From: Bigelowiella natans CCMP2755
Lineage: Eukaryota; Protista; Cercozoa
DNA: 64,000 bases
Direction: 5' to 3'
Assembly (NCBI GenBank): GCA_000320545.1
Contig: ADNK01001197.1
Location: 186,001-250,000, forward strand
Shown: positions 51,337-64,000 of the stretch, piece after piece
How positions within the stretch are numbered: position 1 is the stretch's first letter
Layout: each line of letters begins with the position of its first letter
The notes under the pieces: generated by a model
Databases searched by the model: none
Told to the model about the DNA's origin: nothing
What the model saw: the letters and a program-made list of their open reading frames with translations, nothing else
Position numbers and translations under genes: made by a program

Positions 51337-52545
51337 GTATATTATATGTATATTAACCACCTGCCAAAATCTTCAAATCGTTGCACTTTCCAGATTTATC
51401 CGCCCAAACCTTGTTCTCTACCCCTGCTGTTTGTTGTTTAGGAATAACAACTAAATAGTAAGATGTTACGATACTTCTACTCATCTTCAGCCATTGGAAT
51501 TATAGACATTGGAGTGGTATCCAAGAGAAGAATACAACAACAACAATAACAACAACAATAACAACAACAACAATATCTATAGTGGTTATAATTTACATTC
51601 GAGTTTCAAGGAAGAATACAACAATAACAACAACAACAACAACAACAACACAACAATTCTAATAGCAACCAGTGTTCTCTTTCTTTGACGAACTACCACT
51701 AATAATAATACTACTACTACTGCTACTACTAGTAGTAGTACCTTGCTTAGGATCTAGATCTACGATAAGGCCCTCCTTTATACATAAAGGAAGAAGACAT
51801 ATTACAACTTCATTTTAGTACCAACGATTAAGTAATAAGGATGATAATGATGCCTCTCTCTCGCTCTCTTCTTACAAGTAATCATCAGCATGATCTACCA
51901 CCTTAGGAAGGATAAGTCTTGGGGCATTGACATACTCGTTTGACAAGGTTGCTAGTTTTTCAATCACTGCATATGCCAACCAATTGCTGCTATGATCACT
52001 TTTCTGATCAACCATTTTCTTCTTCTGGTCATCATCACAACACTTGTAGTTGAAAAACCAACACATCTGCGGTGTGAGACGATCCAGATATGTAGCAGTA
52101 GCAGCCTGTTGTTTGAGAATAGAAGTGGTAGTTTCATATCTTAATAGTAGACCGACCCATCAAGCCACCACCAAATAATCAAGCTTCTTCTTGTTCTGCT
52201 GGTGCTGGTATCTGATAATAACGGCTACTACTACTAGTACTACTACTACTACATGAGTACATGACTAGTACTTCGCCATCATACATGTGAAATCATGATG
52301 ATGATGCACATGTATAATTACAACAACTACATGCCTTCTTTTCCTCAACTGTTGCGGATTTTCCAAATAACTTCATTAATGATGAAGCCAGGTGAATCAA
52401 ATCCTGTACAACGCACCAGGGGGGAGGGGGGTAATATAAAAACACGCTTTATTATTATGATTAATATCAACAAAGGTAGTTCAGAGTAAGTACGACAACA
52501 ACGATGCATGCAGCAGTTAGTACCAGCAAGGGAGGAGGCCATCAT

Positions 52546-52577
<32 letters not shown>

Positions 52578-53026
52578 GCGTGGTAGTAGTAGTATTAGTA
52601 TGATTACGGACTAATCTAGTACTATCACTACTATTATTACCCTTGAACATCCACGAGCAACACCTACTGCGAAAATAAGCGACACAGCAGATCGGAAGAT
52701 GTCAGCATACTTTTCCACATCAATCCTTAAGATCAGCTCGCAAATACTCCTAATGAAATCACTGTAACCACTGCCTTCACCTTTTATATAGTAGTAGTAG
52801 TAGTAGTAGTAGTAGTAATAGTGGTGGTGAGAGTCATCGGAGAGGAGTTGTTGAGGAACATATCAGATAGTAGTAGTAGTAGTAGTAGTAGTTGTTGTTG
52901 TTATTGTTGTGGTGGTGAGAGTCATCGGGGAGGAGTTGTTGAGGAACATATCAGATAGTAGTAGTAGTAGTAGTAGTTGTTGTTGTTATTGTTGTACCAC
53001 ATGAAATAGAACTACGAAGAAAGATG

Positions 53027-53061
<35 letters not shown>

Positions 53062-53463
53062 TGTAGGGAGTGACGAATATAGTGCTACTGCTGCTGGTGC
53101 TGCTGCTGGTGGTGGTGATCGTTAATAGTCACAACGGTAGTAGGTACTGCTAAGGGGTGCTATAACGATGAGTAATAGTGGTAGTATTAGCAGTAGTAGT
53201 TGTAAGAGGAGGAGGGGAGGAGGAGGAGGAGGAGGAGGAGGAGGTCAACAGTAGTTGGGAATCATTTCTGTCATCATCATCATCATCATAGCCATCATCA
53301 TCATCATCATCATCATAGTAGTAGTAGTACTTTGTAGTTGTAACAAGGATAAAGGTTCTATGGCTTCAAAATGGTTCAACATAAGTCCCAATATCTCTGA
53401 TACACACTTCATCTCTCCCATTATCTCCATCTGATCAAAAGAAGAACAACACGAATCATCGTG

Positions 53464-53503
<40 letters not shown>

Positions 53504-54879
53504 CAACAAAATCAGAACAATTGAGTCATGGTACTGCTGGTGTTGATTTTGGTACAAAGTGCAGCAATCAACTGAAGCAGGTAGTAATTGTGAGGAAGAA
53601 CAACTGTAATGAATGATATTTATATATTATTTATAAAACGATGGTGAATATGAATAATATTTTGAATGAATAAATTAAAGCAATGTGCATTAAGAATGCA
53701 ACGAAGCAATGCTTGCAAAAGACTGAATCAATGAATCAATACCCGTGAAAGAAGCACAGTATTCGCGTTAATAAAACAGCTTTGCATTGCCATTCTACGA
53801 TTTGACGACAGCGTGCTCTCCTAACGCACGCAAATATTTAAACAGAGAAGTGAAGTTTAGATTTTCATTGATACAAAACGAAGGAAAACCTCCCACAATT
53901 AAGAAAAAAATAACACCTCTACTTCTACAGACGATGCTGCTATATTTTCAGCTTTAGCTTTGAGCTTACGCATCCTAACAGTCTCCCGAATCACGCTCTC
54001 GTAGCTGCCCAACAGAGCGAGTAAGTATCAAAGAATGATGATGATGATGATGATGATGATGATGTGTTGGAACTACATGTTGAGGAGAATATGCCTTTGT
54101 GCAGTCGCTACATCCCACTCCTGGAGAACACGTGGATGATAATAATAATGAAGATGATGATGATGATGATGATGTCAGATATTGTTGTAATATTTACTTT
54201 AATGTGGTGATTTCGACTGGTACTTCTACTGCTAACTAACGGATGACGATGATTTATGATAAATCTTAGAACAAGAATACCGGCATAATTTGAACTTCAT
54301 TCAAACATTGCAGCAAGTGTGCCTTCAGTTCTGGATCAATACTCTCTTTTTTCGCGGCTTTATCCATACCTATAGAGGAGGGGGGGTAGTGTTGGGTCTT
54401 TATATTCCTTGATACCCTATTTTTTTTGGTTTAGCGATTATCTATCATACTTGCTCGGAAGATACTCCCAATAGGCTCTGGTGTCATCTTTGGGCGGTTT
54501 TGAGGTGCGCTAAACAGAAAGATCAATTCTGTCATCACCATCCATCTTCAGGTAGAAGGAGGAATCACCTTTGGATATAGGGAAGATCTAGAATCGATAG
54601 CAGTGCTTCTAGTTTTTCTCCAAACAATTCTTTTGGTTGAATCTGACATTGTAGAATCAAAACCGAGTCGTCATCCACAAAGCATTCGTCGTACAAGGCA
54701 ACACCTAACTACTACTCCAAGTATACTATTATTCGTAGTAGCACCGCAAGCAGTTTTCCATCAAGTTCTGCTTTCTTAGCGAGCATTAGATCTGATGTGT
54801 GCTCTCTGAGAAGCATTGCTCCAGTCGAGGCTGGCAGCTTCTTCTCTTCGGAAGCTTTCGAGTCCCTCCCCTCAGACAT
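27035..54879 (-). CDS. Giant HERC-like HECT E3 ubiquitin ligase (Vps62-like, SPRY repeats, SUN/galactose-binding-like, RCC1 repeats, LamG, Tudor, UBA, HECT); ~7,000+ aa
   Basis: C-terminal HECT (DAGGPYR, FLNFVWGRSRLP, LPIAHTCSFGIELPKY). ORFs 41179-46254, 30126-40949 and 27035-30070 join in frame via GT-AG introns (KSE S|WSS; Q G|HGN). RCC1 (VATGQNHT, VYAWGENSNGESG), UBA (LMSMGF..ALKK), Tudor (VKVGDQVE..W.EAVV). Exons upstream of ~46.3 kb are assigned to the same gene with less certainty; putative start MSEGRDSK at 54879. Confidence 0.88.
52821..52993 (+). repeat. ~88-bp tandem duplication containing (TAG)n/(GTT)n
   Basis: GTGGTGGTGAGAGTCATCGG(A/G)GAGGAGTTGTTGAGGAACATATCAGA(TAG)n(TTG)n twice. 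Confidence 0.9.
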
Positions 54880-55049
54880 TGTTAAGGGGTTAGCGTTGAG
54901 TCCTCCTTCCTTTGCGCCGTTGTTCTATAGATACTTTGATCGGCTCTGTTTGCATCTTGTGCCTACTAGTAGTACTACAAGTATGTGCATCAAAACAAAG
55001 CACGGATCAAGCATCTATCTCTCGAGAAACTCGAGAAACTAGTGATGCT

Positions 55050-55267
55050 TGTTGTTGGTGTTGTTGTTGTTTTTGTCAGGAGTTGTTGTTGTTGTTATTG
55101 TTGTTGTTGTTGTCAGGAGTTGTTGTTGTTGTTATTGTTGTTGTTGTTATTGTTGTTGTTGTTGTCAGGAGTTGTTGTTGTTGTTATTGTTGTTATTGTT
55201 GTCAGGAGTTGTTGTTGTTGTTATTGTTGTTGTTGTTGTCAGGAGTTGTTGTTGTTGTTGTTGTTGA
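55050..55267 (+). repeat. Compound minisatellite: GTCAGGA units separated by variable (GTT)n, in the divergent HECT/LRR intergenic region
   Basis: Five GTCAGGAGTTGTTG units at ~55075, 55112, 55164, 55201, 55238. Confidence 0.9.
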
Positions 55268-55457
55268 TGAAGTACTCGTTACTCCTTATCACCATCCGCT
55301 GTCAATACATTATCCGAGCAGGAGGAGGAGGAGAAGGAGCAAGAGCTCTTTAATTTACGACACTACAGCAACCAATCTGCACATAGTAGTAGGTGCTGCT
55401 TTGTATACACTACTAAAACTCATCAGTACAACATCTTCCAAAGAATAACAAAGGATA

Positions 55458-55977
55458 ATGGAGAAAGGACTAAAACAGCAGGTTGGTGTTCATCATCAGT
55501 GTGATTATCTCAACAATGATAATGGTGATGCTCCCTGACAGTATCAATCCTCAATAGTATTGCTGCTTCTTCTGCTGGCAATTTATGATGTTCTACCACC
55601 TACTCAGGAATCAAACTCATCAGCAGACCGCATAAAGCGGAAGGGGGGGCACATAACAAAAGTAGTGATTGAATTGTTACTAATCTTTTTTATTAGCTAT
55701 TTTCCCTTACATCTGTGAATAAGAAATACGTGCATGTATGATCTTGAGGGAAATTATAGGATCTATAATTTGTGTGAGCTTATTATTTATGATGTAGGAC
55801 ATGCTCGTCAAAGCTGCAAAAATGACACGTTCGAAGACCATTTCGGATGTGGAATACCTAAAGTTGTTACAGCTGTTGTTGGTGTTGGTGTTATTGTTAT
55901 CGTCAGTCAGTCAGTCAGTCAGTTACTCAGAAGAGCGAGAAGTACCTAATAACAAGATAACATTAATAAATCCATAT

Positions 55978-56021
<44 letters not shown>

Positions 56022-56291
56022 ATTCACGAGGGGGAAGCATTATTATCAACCCCTACTTCGCTTATCTCATCATCATTCTTATCCTATCATAACTCTTCGG
56101 AGCATGTTGGCATTTCTGAGTAGGATTCTACTGCAAATCTATGGCGTTACATGATGATGATGATGTAATGATAATTCGCAGAAAAATCACACATCTTCAC
56201 CTAGCCGAAAAGAAAATATCAACGCTACAAAATGTACTAGTAGTAGTAGTAGTATATTGATACCTTATATAATTATAGTATTATGTTTATC

Positions 56292-56327
<36 letters not shown>

Positions 56328-56733
56328 AGTAGTTGTAATACACATACAAGAGAACAACCTCTTTGCTATATGTATTCGCAATTATTCAGAAATGCCAGGC
56401 ACATAGAGTATAATGAAGGCATTTCTGAATAATTGCGAAACACACACATATCCACAAATAACCCAAATATTAACTGTTTGTACACACGTCTCTCTTATTA
56501 CATTGAATAATGAATAACATCATAATTGATAACAACAATCTACTGTGTATCTATTAGGCACCTTTCGAGCTATGCAGCAACCTTCGAGTCCTTTATCTGC
56601 ACGATAATAATATTTCCAAGGTACTAGTATCATAACAACAACAACAACAACAATAACAACAACAACATATCAGTAATCATGTTGTAGTAGTTGTTGCGTA
56701 CTCCTTACACGGGAAGGAAGGGGTTTATAATCT

Positions 56734-56767
<34 letters not shown>

Positions 56768-56975
56768 ACAATCAACAAGTTGAATGTTGTTGAAGTAGTA
56801 GCATTCAATTGTTATGGTATTATTGTTGTTATTGTTGTTGTTGTTGTTGTTGTTGTTGACACGTCATTATTATAAGATGGTGGAACAACCACTGAAAATT
56901 CCGAAGGTTACTCATCTATATCTTCAAGTAAGAACATAATATAAATAACACTTGTATTGATTTCAAAAAAGGTAT

Positions 56976-57013
<38 letters not shown>

Positions 57014-57199
57014 GTTCTCCTACGATGATCCTTGTCGTTGTCGTTTATTCTCTTTCTCTTTCAACAACAATTTATACGAGTGCTATTACTAATAATAATA
57101 ATACTTACACACACACAAAGACACAGACACAGACACAGACACACACTACTATTCAATCTAAGAACGCCTACTACCTTGAATTACATCATTCTTCTACAG

Positions 57200-57242
<43 letters not shown>

Positions 57243-57955
57243 TTGTAGAAGGGGGGAGGAGGGGACATGGTTGATAATTGTGTGGTAGGTAGGTAGTAGA
57301 AGCACAATCAGTAGTTATACCTAATAATGTGTACTATGATGCCTGTTTCAAAGAACAACGAGGTAGATAAAGTAGAAGGACTTCAAAAGGCAGCATCTCT
57401 TTCTAAACTGTATGTAACTGCGTGCTGCTTAAAGGGGGGGGGGGGGGGGTAGAGAACAGATGCATGCATGCGCTACTGACTACTACTAGCACTAAATAAC
57501 AATATGATGATGGGTGCTGCTGCCTTGAATAATATATGAGTTGTACATACATGATGATGATGATGATGATGATGATGATGTATACCTAACAACGCATACT
57601 ACTGCTACTACTACTACTACTAATACTATGTTTCTGACCAACCTACGAAGAAGGAAAAGAAGAAGAAGAAAATACCAAAATACCACCTATGTATGATGCT
57701 GCTGTGCCTTTAACTGCCAGAACAACCACCAATAGAAAACCAACCCACCAAATTTCGACTTTTTTTTATAGCAATCAAAGGGGAACAAGAATCTCAACCC
57801 TTTGAAAGGAGTTTTTATCATTATTCCCCAGAGATGTGGGGGGGGGGGGGCTAATTTATCATTGTTTCATGATTACCTCCTATTATTCGTTTGTCCTCTA
57901 TTCTTCCAGCATGATTGTCATCGTTGTGTGATATTGCTTCTACACACCGATATTT

Positions 57956-57992
<37 letters not shown>

Positions 57993-58127
57993 GCTTGAGC
58001 ATTGTAGTTCCTTGTCGGAGTTACATCTTTCTGACCAGAATCTTGAAGATGATTGTGGTAAGTAAGGGGAAGTGGACGAGGTGGAAGAGGAAATGTACAT
58101 ATTCATGTTATCATAATTAGGCGCTGC

Positions 58128-58159
<32 letters not shown>

Positions 58160-58492
58160 TTAACAGTAGTAGCTGATTGTGTTTGTTATTATTATTGTTG
58201 TTATTATTGTTATTATAACAATAACACAACAAAGTAGTAGTTTACCTTTGATGAAACTACTAATGATACTGCTGCTGGTGGTGATGATGATGATGACGAT
58301 GAAGATGATGATGATGATAATACTGCTATTGCTAAATTTGGCTGCCCTATTTATAGTTTTGCCTCCTCCTCCTCTCTGTGTGTTACTCACCATGATGTTG
58401 ATAGGAAAATCAAGCTGCATGGAGATTCCAGAGGCCTCCCTGAGAGCCATGTCGCGTACATTGACGACCCTTACGGTGGCAAATGCAGGTAT

Positions 58493-58527
<35 letters not shown>

Positions 58528-58714
58528 TATTATAGTTATTGTTATCTTCCATGTGATAAGGTTGAGGAAAAGGTCAAGATTTGCAGACCTTATTAATAAT
58601 AATAATAATAAAAATATTAATGATATTACGATTGGGGTTCCTCCTGTACTTATGCTAATCCTCATACTGTGGTGGGTGGGTAGTAGTCATTGTTTAAAAA
58701 TTCGAAACGTAAGT

Positions 58715-58755
<41 letters not shown>

Positions 58756-59268
58756 AGGTATTACCACTTTAGAGCCATTTCTTTTATTGAATTCTCTGGA
58801 AAGACTTGATGCATCTCGAAACAAGCTTGATGACATTAAGGTGCTTACGATCATCATGATGTTCCTTCATCAATTCCCCCACGCTAGTACGCTCTGTACA
58901 CTTTTTTTGGTTTTGCAAATGCAGTAACACAAAGGAAGTGTGAAAATATATAATCTTATTTTATTCTTTGTAAAGATACTAGTACTACTAGTTTTATACA
59001 TACATCTGGCCTCCTCTCCCAGGCTGATAACCAATATATGATGATGACTGGCACCATACGAAGAATCTAATGATGATTTCCATCTGAGATCATAATCATT
59101 GACAGCCGATCAAATGACTCACAGCTGTCTCCGTCCTTCCTCTCCCTTTTGCTGTCGTTGTCGTGTTATTATTCATTGTTATCATTGTTGGTTTGCAGAG
59201 TGTGTGCCGATATTTGGACGGAGCTGTACGCCTTTCCATTCTAGACTTAAGGGGTTAGTAACTAAAGC

Positions 59269-59310
<42 letters not shown>

Positions 59311-60000
59311 TATTTAACAGCACCAGCAGCAGCGATAGTGTTGCTGATTGACTAGTTGTTGTTCCACTAGCTGTCAGACATTATCCATCACCACAACAAT
59401 AGTTGAAGAAGAAGAAGAAGAAGAATAAACCCATCATCATTTACTACTACTACTGCCACTACTACTACTACTAATAATAATAATAATAATAATAATAATA
59501 CAAAGGTAACCCGATTTGTAAGGCTCGTAAATATCGTGAAATGCTTGTCATAAGCTCACATATAGGTACAACGACTGCTCGATTTTACTACATGCTATTT
59601 GATGACAAACGAGCACATCGTATTGACAGAAAATCTGGATGGTAAAGACATCTTGGATCAAGAAAGACAATTTCTGATAGCAATGAAGGCAAAAAGGGGG
59701 GGCAAAAAGGTGGTTGTAATTAATTCTGCAGCATCATGCATGCATGCTTCGCTAAACGGTGTTTTGTTCTCCCTTTAGGCAAGCAGCAAGAAACATAACG
59801 AAAACTCAAAGGTTGTTTTGATTCTTATATTTTACATCGGTTATATCATATGTGTTTGTGTGTGTGTGTGTGATTTAGCAGCAGAAACCAATGTTCCAAA
59901 TCGGCAAAAAATCATGATTTCCTGCTGTACTTCGGAAGAGAGGGCTTATGTCGCATCCTAGTTTATTCCTCGAATGGTCATAGTTTTGGTGAGGTTGTTC
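55458..60000 (+). CDS. PPP1R42: Leucine-rich-repeat protein, PPP1R42/LRRC67-like (many micro-exons; both ends approximate)
   Basis: Collinear exons DMLVKAAK..YLK|KITHLHL..|LCSNLRVLYLHDNNISK|..THLYLQ|NNEVDKVEGL..|GLEHCSSLSELHLSDQNL|..SLRAMSRTLTTLTVANA|GITTLEPF..LDASRNKL|..LDLR|GNPICKARKYREMLVISS|LDGKDILDQERQFL match the PPP1R42 pattern as I recall it. Confidence 0.8.
56375..56439. repeat. Perfect 22-bp inverted repeat with 21-nt loop in an intron of the LRR gene
   Basis: TTCGCAATTATTCAGAAATGCC (56375-56396) / GGCATTTCTGAATAATTGCGAA (56418-56439). Confidence 0.9.
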
Positions 60001-60920
60001 ACGGCTTAAGTCGTATTATGCATTGATGATGAGATTGACGACGCAGTGTGATCAAAACTGAGCATGCAAAAAATAATGCAATTCTAAAATTTGATACATG
60101 CTAGCATGTGTGCCTAGTGTAACAATAATAATCAATCAATCAATCTATCAATCAATCACACAACTGCATCTAACCATGCATGAGCATAGATGCGCAATCT
60201 AGCAATAATGCATCGCATGTGGTCATGCTAGCATGTCTGGATATTTGCAGCCGGCTGATGAATGCTAGCGTGTCCCGCTCCATGAATCCCATGCTAGCAT
60301 GCGGCTACGAAACAAGAGCAAGTTCATAACTGTAGGTGCATCAGTGGTAAGAAGACTGCTGTGATGCTGTGTCTCTGTGCACATATAACTGCTATAGCAG
60401 ATGCTTCCGAACGACAGCGTGCATGCTATGTGTTAGTCACCGTGTGCAGCATTGCTAGATTGCTCATTAAAAGATGTAGCAAATGATACGTGTAGAAGAC
60501 AAGCACATCTAGACATGCTATGCGCCTTCGATTGTGCAGCTGACATATTGTGTCGTATGATATACGTAAATAGAAATAAATAAACAAAAACCATGCACAC
60601 TTTTTATCTGCTATGCATGGGATCGTAATTGGCAGCTGTCGTCTAGCTGTACGTAGCTGTGGGGCGATAGTGATATATACGATGCCCGGCACATCATTAG
60701 CAATAACAACTAGACAATACATGCCAGGCGCAGGCTGCCGCGACACTATGGGTGCAATACATAGCATGCATGCGTTTTCGGAATTATTTAACATAATAAT
60801 ACGAGAAATCTTACAAATAATCTTTCGCGTAGCATAGCCGGTAGTAGGCAGACACGTAGTTGTTTATTTTAGGAAAGGAGTGCATTGTTGAATTTCATGC
60901 TGAAAATAAAGTGATACATC

Positions 60921-60953
<33 letters not shown>

Positions 60954-60966
60954 GTCATCATCATCT

Positions 60967-61312
60967 TTATATTGGGAACGGAGCGTACTCCCTGAGAATA
61001 GATATTCCACGGGAAACGTAGGCGTTTTTTTCAATAACCTAAGGATGAGTGAAAAGAAGCCATTGTTTTTTAATTTGCTGGTGTATGTATGCCTCTTTTG
61101 TTATTATTATTCATATTTAATTACAGAGTAGTAAGTAAGTAAATAAGTAAAAACCATCAATCACCTGGTCTCGGATTGTGTCTCCTAGAGATAAACTATA
61201 AGCTCCTTTCCAGCTTAAGTTCTTTGTCCTTCCAAATTTAGGAATGCTGACATTCACCTTAGAAGAAGATGAATAGCATGAATTATACTGATAATACCAA
61301 TATCCAAATATT

Positions 61313-61347
<35 letters not shown>

Positions 61348-61482
61348 GCTGCTACCTTATTTGCGCCTGGGATTTTGTATGGAAGAGAAGCTACAAGCTC
61401 TTCTTCTAGTGCATCAGACAGCCCTTTCATCATCGCTGATCCACCCACTAGCAACACCTACATAGTAGTACCACATGTAGTC

Positions 61483-61516
<34 letters not shown>

Positions 61517-61816
61517 AACGTGTCTGCTTGGTGTGCGTGCTCAATGGTGTGTATTATTATTGTGTGGGAATAGTAGTAGCAGTATTGTTAGTGATTACAT
61601 GCTTGGCCATCTTAGCTCTAAGCTCCGGTGTTGGTAGTGCGAGGATAGATTGAATGATTCCTTCGTGGATGGGCATTCTGGAATCTCTCTTGGAAGGATC
61701 GATGTAAAACTTACCGAATGGCGACAACAAAGAGGAGGAGGAGGAGGAGGAGGAGGAGGAGGAGGAGGGAGTAGTGCTGGTAGGGGCACCAACTGTAGGC
61801 GCAGCAGCGGCAAGTT

Positions 61817-61847
<31 letters not shown>

Positions 61848-62297
61848 AGATGGGAAATTAGCAGGTGCTTTAGAGGAGAATGAGGACGACTTCGAGGTAG
61901 TGTTATTGGAGAGCACTCCTATTCCTCCAGAAGAAGATTTATGATGATGATGATGATTTCCACCACTACTACTACTACTACCACCACCCCCTTTTGATGT
62001 AGTAGATGTTGATGATGATGCCTAATATATATCCACACATAGATAGATAGATAGATAGATAGATACATCATACGATTTTAAGCAGGAGCGCAGCAGTAAC
62101 AACAACAACAACAACAACAATTTATACGTAGATGAGTTAGTAATGTTGAATGAAGTCTCGAGTAATTCTACACCACCTTTTTTGTTAAATCAGCATGATC
62201 GAGTCCTTTTTGTTTTGCCTTTTAGAAAATTGTATTATTTGAATGATTTGCGGTTGATGTTATGTTAGTATTATGCATCTACTAGTAGTGTTAGTGT

Positions 62298-62330
<33 letters not shown>

Positions 62331-63163
62331 CTCCATCGTGTACTTATAATAGCCAGAATTCTTGAGGAACAAATCTGCAAAAGGGTCTATGATACATCCT
62401 CCTAAGTGAAAACAAGTAACTGATCGATTTATGATGATAATGAGAACTAACGCAGTATTATTGTTTGTATGTAGTATTAGTACTAGAGGGTTGTTGGTTG
62501 GTTGTTCCAAAGAAGATGTATGTATGTATGTATGTATCAGTATGTATGCATTACTACCAATATCAGGTGCTGAAACACGATCATACGGCTTTCTTTCCAT
62601 AAATAACATGGGTTGGAAGAAGGCACGAGGTGCTATTAATGCTGCACTACTCATATTAAATCGATGAAGAAGGGTCATATCTTTGTCAACTTTCATTTGC
62701 AGAATCTAAAAATAGACATACGATTCATTTATTCAATGATGCAGAAGATTTGTACATGCAAACTGACGATAATAATAATAATAATGATGATGATGATGAT
62801 GATTCGTCGTCAACAATATGCATGCATTTGTTCCACTGGGTGTATGTCGTCGTCATCATCGTCATCAAATATTAGTCCTCATCATCATGCCGAATGCTGA
62901 ATGTTGTCCATTGCTACGTCTCCTCCTGCTCCTCCTCCTCCTCCTCCTATTAGCCTGGCTGCTGCTGCTGCTGCTGGTGGTGGTGGTGGTACCTGGCAAT
63001 CCTGCACAGGAAGCTTCATTCCTATGTCTGACAACAGACAATGCTTTTCCTTCACTGCTCGAATCTAATTCAATTATCAACCAACATTAGTTGTTGATAA
63101 ATATGCATCATTCATTCACCCATTCATTCATTCCGCGACCCCCCGCTACACAATGTGTGTGTA

Positions 63164-63198
<35 letters not shown>

Positions 63199-63901
63199 TG
63201 TTGCGGTAATTTTGAAGCAACACCAACCACCTGCGATGCTAGTGGAGGATACTTAGACAAATCAAGATTATCATCATCTTTGAGCGGGAAGTGATGTTGC
63301 TCATCAGTCTTCAGCAGCCAAGCTAATGTCTAAAAGATAGTAGTAGTAGTAGTAGTAGTAGTAGTAGAGAACGATAACGACAACGACGACGACGGTGACG
63401 CATGGATAGAATTATCATTCACAATAATCTGACTTTCATCAGCGTTTTCTTATTATTTATTACGATATTATCATGTGTCGAGATGATGATGATGATGATG
63501 ATGATGACGATGATGATGATGCAACATGTTTACTACTACTACCACTACTACTACGGCATAGCACCACCTCGTCGATGTCGTTGCCTCCATAATCAAGTGA
63601 TACTTCCGTTCTTGGTACAATAGTACCTTTATATATAATGCAGTGTGTGGTTTGTTGCACCAGCTAAAATAATGATAATAATAATAATAATAATAATAAT
63701 ATGGCATCATGAAAAAACCCATCGTGTTGGTTGTTGTTGCTGTTTAGGTGGATTTGATTATGGACATCAAGTGTTCTTTGTAGCTGTCAATAATGTACTA
63801 CTCGTAGGTTCTTACATACCATCTACAACACAACTGATGTGTGTTTTTCCAGCACCAATATCAACAGCACAAGCAGGATGAAACCTGAGTAGAAGTAACA
63901 T

Positions 63902-63933
<32 letters not shown>

Positions 63934-64000
63934 CCCAGAATGGGGCGTGCATCATCTGATCTCATCTGATCTCATCTGATCTCATCATCGTGGTGAGTTA
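60967..64000 (-). CDS. ARP8: Actin-related protein, ARP8-like (INO80 subunit); 5' part outside window
   Basis: CAVDIGAGKTHISCVD, EVSLDYGGNDID, PIHEGIIQSI..ELRAKM, LLVGGSAMMKGL, LSWKGA, and C-terminus GISILREYAPFPI* typical of ARP8. Confidence 0.8.

Larger units (their letters stand above)
6141..63930. repeat. Abundant intronic/exonic microsatellites: (TA)n, (GA)n, (CA)n, (TAG)n, (GAT)n, (GTT)n, (CAG)n, (GGA)n
   Basis: Examples: (TA)n 6141-6180, 16288-16332, 51295-51332; (CT)n 24501-24540; (GAT)n 49217-49251; density is highest at 49-64 kb. Confidence 0.95.

Noticed and set aside
55050-55267. CRISPR-like array (GTCAGGA repeats with spacers)
   Set aside because: Spacers are just (GTT)n, the repeat is too short, the context is eukaryotic and no cas genes are present.
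58160-58552. Minus-strand ORF MEDNNN... as first exon of the HECT gene
   Set aside because: It is antisense to a clear + strand LRR exon (SLRAMSRTLTTLTVANA) and its length comes from trinucleotide repeats.
19051-63722. Many poly-L/V/S/M/Y ORFs in the ORF track
   Set aside because: Translations of intronic microsatellites or antisense shadows of real exons.
1-64000. rRNA, tRNA, telomeric repeats, or an in-window deaminase encoding the mutator
   Set aside because: None recognised; no H-x-E...PC-x-x-C deaminase motif was seen in any supported gene, so the responsible enzyme is presumably encoded elsewhere.

Overview
Intron-rich, microsatellite-rich eukaryotic nuclear DNA. A fibrillin with a signal-plus-transit-like leader suggests an alga with a secondary plastid (chlorarachniophyte-like; inference only). 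Genes in order: 3' end of an unknown + gene; a dead PIF/Harbinger-type transposon (Myb-like ORF, DDE transposase, long inverted arms); G-protein alpha (-); FkbM-type methyltransferase (+); a small membrane protein (+); PAP-fibrillin (+); RNase H2 subunit C (+); Spt20 (-); DUF501 (+); a giant (~7,000+ aa) RCC1/SPRY/LamG/Tudor/UBA/HECT E3 ligase (-); a PPP1R42-like LRR protein (+); ARP8 (-, partial). The main finding is a mutational signature, not a gene. The transposon, a MITE and the spacers downstream of gene 3' ends have had TpA dinucleotides converted to TpG/CpA (sometimes CpG), i.e. A->G on both strands, while CTAG/CTA/TAG contexts are spared. Hand count: only 13 TA in 582-4247. Direction is supported by conserved transposase Tyr codons read as His, a putative TA target-site duplication read as CA...TG, and repeat copies that differ almost only at TA sites. 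This looks like a 'reverse-RIP', repeat/silent-chromatin-targeted adenine hypermutation system. Exon boundaries and counts were done by eye and no searches were run.
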